DNA of 64,000 nucleotides, taken from Octopus vulgaris. Taxonomy: Eukaryota. How positions within the stretch are numbered: position 1 is the stretch's first letter; each line of letters begins with the position of its first letter. The position numbers were made by a program, and so were the translations under genes. Below are positions 25,233 through 38,694 of the stretch, piece by piece. The notes beneath the pieces are model-generated. The model searched no databases. It was not told the DNA's origin and saw nothing but the letters and a program-made list of their open reading frames with translations. The stretch is taken from contig OX597820.1 in assembly GCA_951406725.2 (NCBI GenBank), forward strand, positions 63,860,001 to 63,924,000, given 5' to 3'.

Positions 25233-25611
25233 TGGAGGCGCAATGGCCCAGTGGTTACTGCAGCGGGGACGCGGTCATAGAAACGCTGTTTCAATTCTCA
25301 GAACGGGCTTTGTGAGTGTTTACTGAGCGAAAACACTTAAAGCTCTACGAGGCTGCTGCAGCCGGCGGTGGCGAATCCTGCTTTACTCTTTCATCACAAC
25401 TTTCTCTCACTCTTTCTTCCTGTTAATGTTGTACCTGTATTTCAAAGAGCCGGCCTTCTCACACTCTGTGTCACGCTGAATCTCCCCGAGAACTACGTTA
25501 GGGGTACGCGTGTCTGTGGAGTGCTCAGCCACTTGCACATTAATTTCACGAGCAGGCTGTTCCATTGATTGGATCAACTGGAACCCTCGTCGTCGTAACC
25601 GACGGAGTGCC
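25233..25611 (+). mobile_element. tRNA-derived SINE (third family; possibly Nin/Deu-domain type)
   Basis: GGAGGCGCAATGGCCCAGTGGTTA head, GTTTCAATTCTCAG B-box-like, body ...TGTGTCACGCTGAATCTCCCCGAGAACTACG...CGTAACCGACGGAGTGCC. Confidence 0.8.
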
Positions 25612-25639
25612 GTAGTGTTCTAGGTCAACACTGAATATT

Positions 25640-25870
25640 TGTCGGAGCCCTAGAAACAGTGAGTAAAATTCTTGAAAAGTACAAGGAACAAATAAGGGCT
25701 GCAATAAGGGTGGAGCACTTGCAGAAAACGGCACTGCTTGAACCCGCTCGAATATTCCGGATGGTGATCGAAAAATAAAGGGTATTACATTAGTTCAGTG
25801 GTAGTGAACAACTGGCACCGTAGTACATCTCCAGCGTTAGAAGCTGTACAAAGACAATAAATAAAAAAAT
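25640..25870 (+). mobile_element. R4/Dong 3' fragment (subfamily A)
   Basis: Translates FVGALETVSKILEKYKEQIRAAIRVEHLQKTALLEPARIFRMVIEK*, then a short UTR and TAA-like tail. Confidence 0.7.
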
Positions 25871-25905
25871 ATATATATAAATAACAATAGTAATAGTAAT
25901 AACAA

Positions 25906-25955
<50 letters not shown>

Positions 25956-25975
25956 TACTATAATACTAATACTAC

Positions 25976-26014
<39 letters not shown>

Positions 26015-26068
26015 TAATAATAATAATCATAATAATAATAATCATAATAATAATAATAATAATAATGA

Positions 26069-26099
<31 letters not shown>

Positions 26100-26142
26100 A
26101 AGAAGAAGGAAGAGGGGAAGAAGAAGGAGAAGGAGAAGAAGA

Positions 26143-26566
26143 AAATTGGAGTAGTCAAAATGTAGGGCATGAAGGTAAAAACAATACGAGTAATAACTGG
26201 AGCATTGGGCATGATAAAAAATCATATGAACAAAAATGGAAAAGCTATACCTGGATCCTCAGCACTACACAGTTTCCAAAAATTATCCATGCTAGGAATA
26301 GCCCATATCTTACGCAAGAAACTATCAATCCAATGATAAAATTTCAACAAAACAACCCACAAATACAACGCACACTTCGTACAGCATTTACCCAATAAAA
26401 TAAACTCCCACCAGCAAGTTAGCAAACCGAAGGATTACGCACTCAACACACAATACAGTACCGGAGAAAAAGAACTAACATTATACAGTGCTGATAAGAG
26501 TTTGCACACTCCTACCAGCAGGTAATGCAGAAGAATTTTGTCTCAATCAACCAAATATTGAACAGC

Positions 26567-26570
<4 letters not shown>
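26143..26570 (+). mobile_element. R4/Dong 3' fragment (subfamily B)
   Basis: Translates ...MKVKTIRVITGALGMIKNHMNKNGKAIPGSSALHSFQKLSMLGIAHILRKKLSIQ*, then a ~230 bp UTR and (TAA)n. Confidence 0.75.
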
Positions 26571-26646
<76 letters not shown>

Positions 26647-26708
26647 GATGATGATGTTGATGACGACCACGACGACGACAACAACAACAACAACAACAAC
26701 AATAATAA

Positions 26709-27529
<821 letters not shown>

Positions 27530-27747
27530 TAATAAAAATAATAATTCTTTCTACTATAGTCGCTAGGACTGAAGTTTATAGGAAGGAAGCTAGCCGATTA
27601 AATGGACCCCGATACTTTACTGGTACTTAACGAATCGGTATCTAAATGGATGAAAAGCAGAGTGGATGATGGCGACATGTGAAATCAGAAATTGCAACTA
27701 CTAAAATCTAAACAGTTTTCTTGACAATTAAGCGATTCTGATAATTG

Positions 27748-27789
<42 letters not shown>

Positions 27790-28239
27790 CGACGACGACG
27801 ACGACGACGACGACGATGATGATGATGATGATGATGATGATGAATTCCATGTAAGCTAGTGCTATAACGCATTTTCGAATAATGTTTATTGAATTTGCTA
27901 AAAGTCATCAATATATCATGGCTCTATCCATTGCCGTACCATTTCCCCGACGACCAAAAGCCAGCAGCAGGGAAAACTTAGTAAACCTTTGTTAGCTTAA
28001 TCGTCTGGTTTTGTAAAGCTTCTTCAACGAAATGTATTAGTTTAACCAGAAGATATAGTTGAAAGGGTGTTTATATAGAAATCGTTAAGTATTTCATTTA
28101 TGTTCTTTTTTTTTATTATATCAATTTGCTGTCGTTTCATATACATTTACAGAACTACTTGTATATATGTTTATATACAATTGCGTCTATACGCGTGTGT
28201 ATGTAGATATTATATGGATGTGTATATATGTATATACAA

Positions 28240-28272
<33 letters not shown>

Positions 28273-28352
28273 CACACACATATATATACATATGTATATA
28301 GTTTTACATATGTTTATATATACTTGTGTATGTATACGTATGTATGTAGATA

Positions 28353-28388
<36 letters not shown>

Positions 28389-28395
28389 TATATAA

Positions 28396-28427
<32 letters not shown>

Positions 28428-28781
28428 AGAAATATATACATATACATATGTATATATAAACACACAAAAACCTATATTTATATGTACACGCATACACATG
28501 CATATATATAACATTCTCTAATGTAGTCTTTTGAAAACATACATACATAAGTGCAACACATACATACATGCATAGGTATATGTACACACACATACTCACA
28601 CACACACACACACAAACACACACATACACACACACACATATATATATATATACATTTATATATATACAGATATGTATAAGTATATAAGTACATGTATAGA
28701 TGTATATATATGTGTATGTAATCATATACACATAATACGTCATGGAGCGTATTATTTTATATATATATAGATATAAAGATG

Positions 28782-28813
<32 letters not shown>

Positions 28814-28838
28814 TATAGATAGATATACATATATACTG

Positions 28839-28944
<106 letters not shown>

Positions 28945-29376
28945 ATAGATATATATATATATAAAGATATATAGATATAGATATATAGAAAGAGAGTTAA
29001 ATAGATAGATGCATAAATATACATATATATATTTGCTTTGGAAAGTATTTATGTAACCATCTATGGAAGTAATGGAAGTTTTATATATAAGAACATTTTA
29101 ATAAACATAAATTTAGGCTGTAAAACCATTAGTAGAAAGCGTAACAGGTGAAAATTTAATTGAAGTGTATCTATGAATGTCTGGAGAAATATTTGCGTTG
29201 CGCCCCAGTCTTACTTATATAAATACTTGGAAAACACAGACATACACACATACACAAACAGAAACATACCACACACACATATATATATATTCACGTTTGT
29301 GTACATATATATGTATACTCAAATATTTTATATATATATATATATATGTATATGCAAACATATATATACATGTACA

Positions 29377-29484
<108 letters not shown>

Positions 29485-30171
29485 CATACATACACACACA
29501 CATTTATATATATATATGTATGTATATATTCAAATGGACACACACACACACACATATATAATGTATCTGTGTATGTCTGTAGTAAACGCTAAGATGGTTG
29601 CTGAGTGAATAATATGTTTTGACGTTGATCTGGCAAGACTAGTGTGGAAAATGTTATGTTGCTTTTATTTCTGACCAAGTAGATTTCCGGTCAAACACAT
29701 TCCAATCGTGACAAATCGCATTTCTCTTCCCCAAGACTTACTATCTCTTATTGTAGCTTATGAAAGGCCCACGTCCTTTTCTTTTTTTATTTGTTTTTCT
29801 CATGTTTTATTAATGAATGAATTAATTTATTTATTTACCTATTTATACATTTAATTATTTATTTGAAGCTTTTAAGACACGATGTGAGGGTTTGACTGAT
29901 ATTTCGTTGCTGCTATTTCTGTTAGGTCGAGTTAATATGTAGCCATTTGAGATTACGGCATAAGAATAACAATTCAAAACGTCTTGCGCATATATCTGCT
30001 TGTACTTATATACACACGCAAATAATAATACAGGTATGTGTGCATGTCTGTGAGTACATGTATATGTGTGTGTGCTGAGTGAATAATATGTTTGACGTTG
30101 TCTGGCAAGACTAGTGTGGAAAATGTTATGGGCGTTTTATAATATGCGAAAACATATATAAATAATTGACC

Positions 30172-31222
30172 TTTCAATAGATTTTATTCAATAAAATAAT
30201 TTCCATTATTATTAATGCCCTTTGCCCATCTATCATGCAATTTAAACATTCCTTCACTATAAACATTCTATCACCACAAAATGTGACTGGTTTTTTAAGT
30301 AAAAAGTTATCTAGATGCATTTTGACTCCATAAAAATCGTTGAATGGTTTTCCTTGCAATGAGTTTTGTAGAGATAAAAAAATATGGCAGTTGGATGGCG
30401 CGCAATATCAGAATATGGTACATGAGGTGAGAGATCCAAACTAAGTTCATGTAACTTTGTTCAGGTAGCCAAAGACATGTGGTCGAGCATTGTCTTGTTG
30501 GAACACTACCCCTTTTCTATTGGCAATCTCCGGCCTCAGTTGTTTTAATTATTTTTTTTCTCTGGTCAAATTAGTCAGCTGACGGCAGTACACATCCTGG
30601 TTTATGGTCTGGATTTGTTGTACTAGTTCATGCTAAATAATGCGGTTATGATTCGACTAAACACAAAGCATAGCTTTTTTGGGCATGGATATTCATATTT
30701 AGCTGCTGTTTTGGGTGTTCTTCACGCGAACTCCAGGATCTTATTTAACGCTGCGTTTTCGTACACAATCCATCTTTCATCTCCAGTCACAAGTTGTTTA
30801 AAAAAGGCATACTTTCATTCCGTTTCAAAAGCACAACACAAATGGAATACGGGTCCAAGCAATTATTTTCTAAGAGTTTATGAGGTGCTCATGCATTATA
30901 GCGAGAAATGTATCGCAGCTGCACGAAGTATTCATGAGCCGTACTTTTAGAAATTTTCACCCTCCTCTGCAAGTTCTCTGGTCGTGATATTTGAGTTTTC
31001 TTCCACTTTTGACTTCAAAACATCTTCATCCAATTTCGAATGTCTTCCACTGCGACTGTCATCTTCCAGCTTTCAATTTTGCAAACCACCTTCTAACAGT
31101 TGACTTGCCTACAGCATCATCACCATAAAATTCACAAATGTTTTTGCAAGGCGATGCAGCATTTTCTCTTTTTAAAAAAAGAAAATCGTTACAAAGCGAA
31201 TATGAAATTTTCGGTTATCCAT
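30172..31222 (-). pseudogene. Decayed mariner (DD34D-type) transposase
   Basis: Minus-strand motifs MDNRKFHIR (start at ~31222), LVTGDERWIVYEN, VFQQDNARPHV, VPYSDIA(P)SNCHIFLSLQNSLQGKPF (= YSPDLAPSDYHLF); stops and frameshifts present. Confidence 0.85.
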
Positions 31223-31406
31223 TTCAAATGTCAATAAAGGGTAACTGGAATGAAAGATAAATGTATTTTTAGATAGGAACAAAGAAGATGTACTACCACT
31301 TCAAGCAACGCTAAAGGTTTAACTGTGTTACGTTTCAGTGGTGTTCAATGAAGCGTTAAAGGATTTAGATTTTAGCTTAAAAACGCTCGGACCGTACAGG
31401 ACAACG

Positions 31407-31488
<82 letters not shown>

Positions 31489-31586
31489 ACATATATATAT
31501 ATATATATTTATATATATATGTATATGTATACATACATGCATACACACACATATATATATGTGTGTACGTATGTATATATATATAT

Positions 31587-31986
31587 ATACTAATAAAAAG
31601 GGTTCGGCAAAAGAATTGCCTCGCCGCATACCGAAGTTCAGAAATAGCATCAAAAATCTTAGCTATTTCTTCTACTTTAAAAAGGGTCTTCCAGAGAACT
31701 CAAAATACCTGAAGTTTAAACACTCACGCAGAGGGTAAAGCAAACGAAAATCAATCGATATCTGATCATCCATAGATGCGCGTTTCTGAATTAGGTTTCA
31801 CATAAAGAATATAAAAAAAATATACTTTACCAACCGTATTCTTCATCAGTATGGATACTCTGTTAAAATCCGGAGTTCTCTGGAAGACCATTTTAAAGTA
31901 GAAGAAATAGCTAAGATTTTGGCTGCTATTTCTGAACTTCGGTATGCGGCGAGGCAATTCTTTTGCCGAACCCTTTTTATTAGTAT
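31587..31986. repeat. Long inverted repeat (~113 bp arms) with an HHR in the spacer
   Basis: ATACTAATAAAAAGGGTTCGGCAAAAGAATTGCCTCGCCGCATACCG...CCAGAGAACTC at 31587-31700; reverse complement at 31873-31986. Confidence 0.9.
31768..31856 (-). ncRNA. Type I hammerhead motif with enlarged loop II
   Basis: Minus: ATCCATA-CTGATGA-A-GAAT(~45 nt)ATTC-A-GAAA-CGCGCA-TC-TATGGAT; 7-bp stem I. Confidence 0.65.
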
Positions 31987-32117
31987 TACTAAAATTTACC
32001 GTGTTAGCGGTCCTGTTTTCATACCGAATCGTACTTGGTGAAATTTATTGATTACTTCTTAATTAATTAGTTTTACCCATTGTTATTATTGATATATATA
32101 TATATATATATATTTAT

Positions 32118-32148
<31 letters not shown>

Positions 32149-32758
32149 TGGTCACAGATATGCCTCCATTTTCTGATGTATGTATTCTTAAACAACTATA
32201 TATACAGTTATCAATACGATAGATATCTTCATATTTAATATTTTGCACTGACAGTAATAAAAAAAAATCTTGGCTAAGTGAGTTTTTACGTCAAGGAAAA
32301 AGTATGCAATGAACCACAAGACTTTCCGGTGGTGGTTTCTTTTGGTAGAATTTGGTCGGTGGGCAAATTTTTATTTTTTGGCACTGTTCCCACCCTTCAA
32401 TACCTGTTCTACAGCTCTCACCAAATTCCATTTGGTACCTTCCTGAATGGTTGCGCGATGAATGTCGTTACATAAAACTTATTCCTTTGTATTATTATCT
32501 TCTCCATAGTAATTCTTACACTCGTCTCAAAGAGTAGGGTCTAAGTGTACTTTGAAACATTTTAGACGACGTACGGTATTTCAAACTGGATACAGCGGGA
32601 ATTACGCCAAAATAAATACACACGCCCAACTTCAGCATGTTTTCTGTCTAGGAATTTACGTCATTACATCCCCCACAACTACGCATACATACGTGTCTAA
32701 ATATATATACTTATATGATTGACTACCATGATTGGCCGCTAGCTCTAAAAGATTTTTT

Positions 32759-32792
<34 letters not shown>

Positions 32793-34413
32793 ATTTCCTC
32801 GTGTTCCTGTCTGTTGAAGAGCGTAGGCACGAAACGTAAAAGACTTTCTCACCTTCTCGAGCGTTAAAGTAATATACATTTCTGTTGTGTTCGTCTTTAG
32901 TTTTTCTGTAAATTTCATATATATATATATATATATATATAAAGTATATATATAAAGGAATACAAAAATGGGGCAAGAACGCAAAACATTAAGACAGTTA
33001 GATGATCTAAGAAAGGGACAAGAAAAAAACACGGACGTGTCATTCGGAGTTTTCTTTCCTTAGTCAAGTTCCTGATTATCTTTGCAATTTTGGCTAGTTA
33101 TATTTGAGATTGTTCCAATCTGGCAAGCTCCAAGGAAAAAACTAAGCTAAGAGCACTAGATTCCTTGGAAGAAAGCAGCGCATGTATACGAAATCAAGGG
33201 CGGGAAAAAAACGGAGAAATGGTACACGAATGTAAATGCAAATAACATGACATTAACCACAGGTGTCTTTCGAATAAGGACGAATTCAATTAAGCTGGAG
33301 CGTGTGGAAGTTAAAACTTACGGCAGGGATATAAGAGATGACAGGCATGGGGAGGAATATAGATGTTGCACGGAGAGTAGTCGGACGAAGAAAGAAAGGT
33401 TAAGCTTGACCGAACACCGGTCACGTATAGATAGATGAGAGAGAGTGTGTGTGTGTTAGAAAGAGAGAGAAACAAAGAGAAATAAAGTGATAATAGAGAG
33501 ATATTTGTCAGGGAACAAATTTCTTACTCACACAAACATGCTTGTGTATACATACACACATACATACATACATACATACATACATACACTCATGTGTATA
33601 TACACATACATACATTTATACATGTATACATACGTAGTTCACATATCCACAGAAGAAAACAATGGCGCGGCGCTATAATCCTGAATAAAGGAATCTTCCA
33701 ATATTTTTACATTTACTCGGTAAACGTGAAATTCTTGTTGCTTCAGGGGAAAGAAAAGCGAATGAAAATATGTGGAAAAAAAAAACAGAAAGAAAAGTAA
33801 TGACAAAACTGAAGAGAAAGGAATGGATTTTTTTTTTTTTTTATACAGGCGTCATTACAATCTAGCCAAGTATTTTTAAAGAAGCAATGCAACTACAATG
33901 AAACATTCCTTTTTATTTTAAACATCGGAACTAATCACATCCAATAATCTTTGTCGTTTATGCCCATAATCTGCTGACTTAACGAAGAATCTGAACAAAA
34001 ATATTTCGAATGTTGTTGTTGAATATTCTTAAGAGACTAAAGTATTTTTTTTGTCTTTTTTATCAATATTAAATGTGGGTAATTTTTAACCCATTTTGAA
34101 TGGTAACGATATTCGGAAACGTAACTCATTTATGAAAGAACATTCGAAAACTTTCTATCATTTAACATCACCCTTTTCTTCTACATGTTTCTTTCTCCGT
34201 CTATACACTCACTCTATATAAACACCTACATGTATACCCGTATATATGTGTGTGTGTGTGTGAGTATGTGTGTGTGTACTATGTAGACCGATAGATACAT
34301 GGATGCATACAGCCATACGTACATACATACATACGCAACTTCTTAGATAGATATCACATATATGTGCATAAGTGTATATATATATACATATACGTATTAT
34401 ATGTACATATACG

Positions 34414-34447
<34 letters not shown>

Positions 34448-35379
34448 TACACACACACATATATATATATACACACACTTACATACATTCACACGTACAA
34501 ATATACATATATGCATATATCCATACATATGCGCCTTCTCTGTATCTGTCTCTCTCACCTAGTTCTCTCCCTCTCTATATTTCTCTTACTCTCTCACTTG
34601 CTTTCTCTTCCGTTTAAATTATTTTTTTTATGCATATTACGATTATCATTTTCCTAAAATTACATTTATTTCGATACAGCTTTTCCGGAATTATAACAAT
34701 CATATGACATGTTATTATCTCTGATTTTCATAGCATTAAGCAGAAAGAAAAACAGCACAAAAAACAAAAAAACAAAACAAAAAGGAACTGAGGGGTATTA
34801 TTGATGAACGAAGTGAATTTTGTTGTTACAATTTGCCAGTTTATCACACCTTAATTCGAAAATCACACCGCTGATTTCAGCGATATGCCATAACTCGCTG
34901 ATGGTGCCTCTTAACATCTAGGTGGACTCAACGGCGTAAATGTAAAAATAAGAAAAAGATAATAATCGATAATCTTTATAACTGCTGCGTGCTTAAGAGC
35001 TCTTTTTCTCTTTCTGCAACTAGAAACTTTCTGGTTCAATCGCAATATACAACAGCTTGGGTATCTGTGATCTTTACCGTAGTTTTGGCTGACCAATATT
35101 TCGCTTACAAAATTCGATGGGTACACAGTATATAAAAGAGACAATCGGTGTCACCGTTAATGATTTTGCCTAGTTTTGGTCGCATGAAACATTCGCTGGT
35201 CTTTAGTTCCCTTAATCTTTTTTTTTTTGCCTCAATTGGGGCCTGGTGTACTCTATTCATCATACATGTTTGTGAGGCACTGAAAAATATGAGCGTTGTC
35301 CTTTTTTACCTGCCTGAATTATGTAATCGAAAAGGAAAATACAAAATTTGCTCGCTTTGTGACCACGTTCTTTCGACTT

Positions 35380-35830
35380 CAGTCACACAAACACACAAAT
35401 ATATACATATGTCAGCATGAGCATGTGTTCCTTTGTGTTTGTGTTTGTGTCCTACCTTGCTTGACAACCGGTGCTCGTTTGTTTAAATTTCTGTGATTTA
35501 GCGGTTCGGCACAAGAGCCCTATTAAAGAAGTACCAGATCCTTATTTAAAAGAAAAGCAGTGGCGTCGATCTGTTGGGTTTCAGCCCAGTGACTGTCACA
35601 TTTAGCAGCTAACAAAGATACGCTCGATAGACAGTCCTGTGTTTCCAGAATTTGCCCCTCAGTAAAGCTTTGACTCCGGCACGCCGGGCAAAATGCCGCG
35701 TCATTTGGTCCGTCCTTACTTCCTTAAATCATATCTCATCAAGTCTGACTTTGTCAGCCTTTTAGAATCAAACAAAAAATACCAGTTGAGCACTGGGGTC
35801 GGTGTAATCGAATTATCCCCTCCCTTGAAC
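35380..35830 (+). mobile_element. Two adjacent diverged SINE fragments (families of 3277 and 882)
   Basis: GCTTGACAACCGGTG...TTAGCGGTTCGGCA...; GCACGCCGGGCAAAATG...ACCAGTTGAGCACTGGGGTCG. Confidence 0.55.
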
Positions 35831-36536
35831 TTTCTGCTAAGTATTAATTCTAGATATTAATATATTTTCAACATTAACTATCCTCCCTAAACAAAATAAT
35901 GTTACTGAAATAATAAAATGAATTCCATCAAATTAAGTGAAGGAATATATTTACAGTTCTTATGTAGATGTTAATAATCCCATATTAATAATCATTTCTG
36001 CTACATGTACAGTTCACTGGTACTTAAACTATCGACGCCGAAAGGATGAAAGTCAAAGTCGAACTCGGCGAAATTTGAACACATAACGTAGCGGTAGACG
36101 AAGTAGAATTCGATACTAATAATGAAACTATTGGATTTGCGGCACAAACCCCACGAATAATTTTTCTTTTCTTTACTTGCACATTGTTTTGCTGAATAAA
36201 ACACAGAGATACAACTCAATCACCAAATAACCTGGAACTAGGTAAACACAGTGTTACGGCTGATAAAAGAATTTAGTTAATTATTACAGTTCTTAAGTAG
36301 ATTACTCTGCAATAACTCATAGACTTTCTCTGAGGCAGAATCTGCTGTCGTTTCCTACTTTAGTATTAATAAGTCACCAGCATTTGACAGTCAAATCTCT
36401 TCAACTCATAGTGAAAAAATTCAAGACGCTGCTGATTGTTCGCTCTCTTTTTCATCTACTTTGACGCTACTATGTATGTATCTACGTATTATGTATGTGT
36501 ATACATACATACTTACACACACACAGAGACAGACGC

Positions 36537-36567
<31 letters not shown>

Positions 36568-36568
36568 C

Positions 36569-36667
<99 letters not shown>

Positions 36668-37974
36668 TACATATGTTCTGCATATTAATTTTAAATATTA
36701 AATTTTGAATATTAATTTCTAAATATTAAATTCTATAATATAATCTAAATTCTGAATTTTTAATATTAAATTCTGAATATGAAACGCTAAGTATTAATTC
36801 TATATATTAATATATTTTAATATTCACTATCTTCCCTAGACAAAATAATATTGCTGGTAATTACTTCAACATAAGTCAAGGAAAATATTTACAGTTCTTG
36901 TACAGAAGTTGAAACGATGGAATAAAACAAAAAAAATCATGCTCTTTAAATGGGCTAATTATAGTAAAAGAGGGCTTTGATGAAATTAGCGTATAATTTT
37001 TTTCAGAAATGTGGTAAAAATGAATTCAAAGAACAAATGAACTCCTGCACACATTCCATATATTTCCTATATGTGTACTGTTCTATTACATGTGTATTTA
37101 TGTATGTATGTATGTATGTATGTATGTATGTATGTATGTATGTATGTATGTATGTATATATGTATGCATATATGCATGTATGTATATGAGTATGTATGTA
37201 TGCATGTATGTATGTATGTATGTATGTATGTATGTGTATATGTATGCATATATGCATGTATGTATATGAGTATGTATGTATGTATGTATGTATGTATGTA
37301 TGTATGTATATGGAGATCATTGAAGCTTGCTTGAAGTATAATGTACAAGTAAAATTGTAAATAATAGGGAAAATAGGTCACCTGTTAAAATGCAGTAAGT
37401 AGGTAAATCTAATAACCTACATATATTTCAAGTTCAAAGACCCATCATGAGAAGCAAACAGATTAGAAATCACTGTATTCTAGGCATAGGAAACCTTTTT
37501 TCCAGAAGCTGGCCGCTTCAAACATGATTTACCATCAGTAGTACCGAAGCAATTTAGAAGTCATTTTTTTCACTTGGCGCACCATTCTGAAGAGAATCTT
37601 GCAAGCCCGCATTTTTCCTATACCTGATCTATTCAGATACCGTCCATGCACCTCAGTAAGTAAGTGGCGGGCGTGAAAATGTCAGGGTGGGAGGAAATGC
37701 AGGTCGAGCAGCTATCATAGTAACAGCAGCTATTCTTCAAAGACGCTGACAGCCGTCGCAGCGGTCATAGTAAGAACGCGGTGGACAGTAACTAGCTGTT
37801 GGTTGAAACAGTCGTGAGGGAAGTAATTGCTCGTATTGAAGGTAGCGGCAGTGGTGGTAGTCAAAATAGAGTAGTTGATGACAACGCTAGTTGAACAGTC
37901 CATAACAGTTGTAGTAGTGGTAATATTAGTCGTAGCAACAACAGCGAGGAGTTAAATGTAAGTCAGTGACCTAG

Positions 37975-38225
37975 TATCGATCGATTATTGAGCTTCAGGT
38001 GATGTCGAAGGATGATCAAAGATTGTCTGATCTGAATATTCCCAACATTTGTCAATGGCCAATATACTAGTGTTTATACTATTAGTGGTGTTACTACTTT
38101 TCGGAATGTTGGCCGTAAGGAGACTTGTGTTTTGTCAGGTGTTCTGACATCCGGAAGTAGAGTGGCTGGATCGTACTTACGATGTAGTATTCGCCGCATT
38201 TATGACACTGTAACTGGTAGGGAGC
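37975..38225 (-). pseudogene. GIY-YIG endonuclease remnant of a Penelope-like retroelement
   Basis: YQLQCHKCGEYYIVSTIQPLYFRMSEHL matches the PLE 'VYxxxCxxCxxxYIGxTxRxLxxRxxEH' pattern; downstream SILAID...IRQSLII.RHHLKLNNR resembles the 'E.L.I....P.LN' end. Confidence 0.7.
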
Positions 38226-38633
38226 CCACGTGAGTCGGCAAGTTATTTTCATAATATGCTTAATCACGATGCCGTAACGTGCGTAGGGAATTGACAGAAT
38301 AAACTGCATCTTGTGTCTATCAGATTTTTCATATGTGTGTGTATGTGTCTGCGCGAGTTGGTGTATATGTGTGTGTACTTTGTCGTTTCCCTTTCAATTG
38401 CTTCAGTTATTGGACAACGGACATGATGGGACACTGCCTTCGAAGGCTTTAGTCAAATCATCGACTCACTCCTTCAGTACTAATTTGGTTTTCTTTTAGG
38501 CTTGATACATATTCTGTTGGGCTTTTTTTTTTACCAAATCATTGTTATGGAAACATAAACAAGCGAACATCGGTTGTCAAGACGTAGTGGCGGAGACAAG
38601 CACAAATATATACATACAGATATATGCGTATAC

Positions 38634-38694
<61 letters not shown>

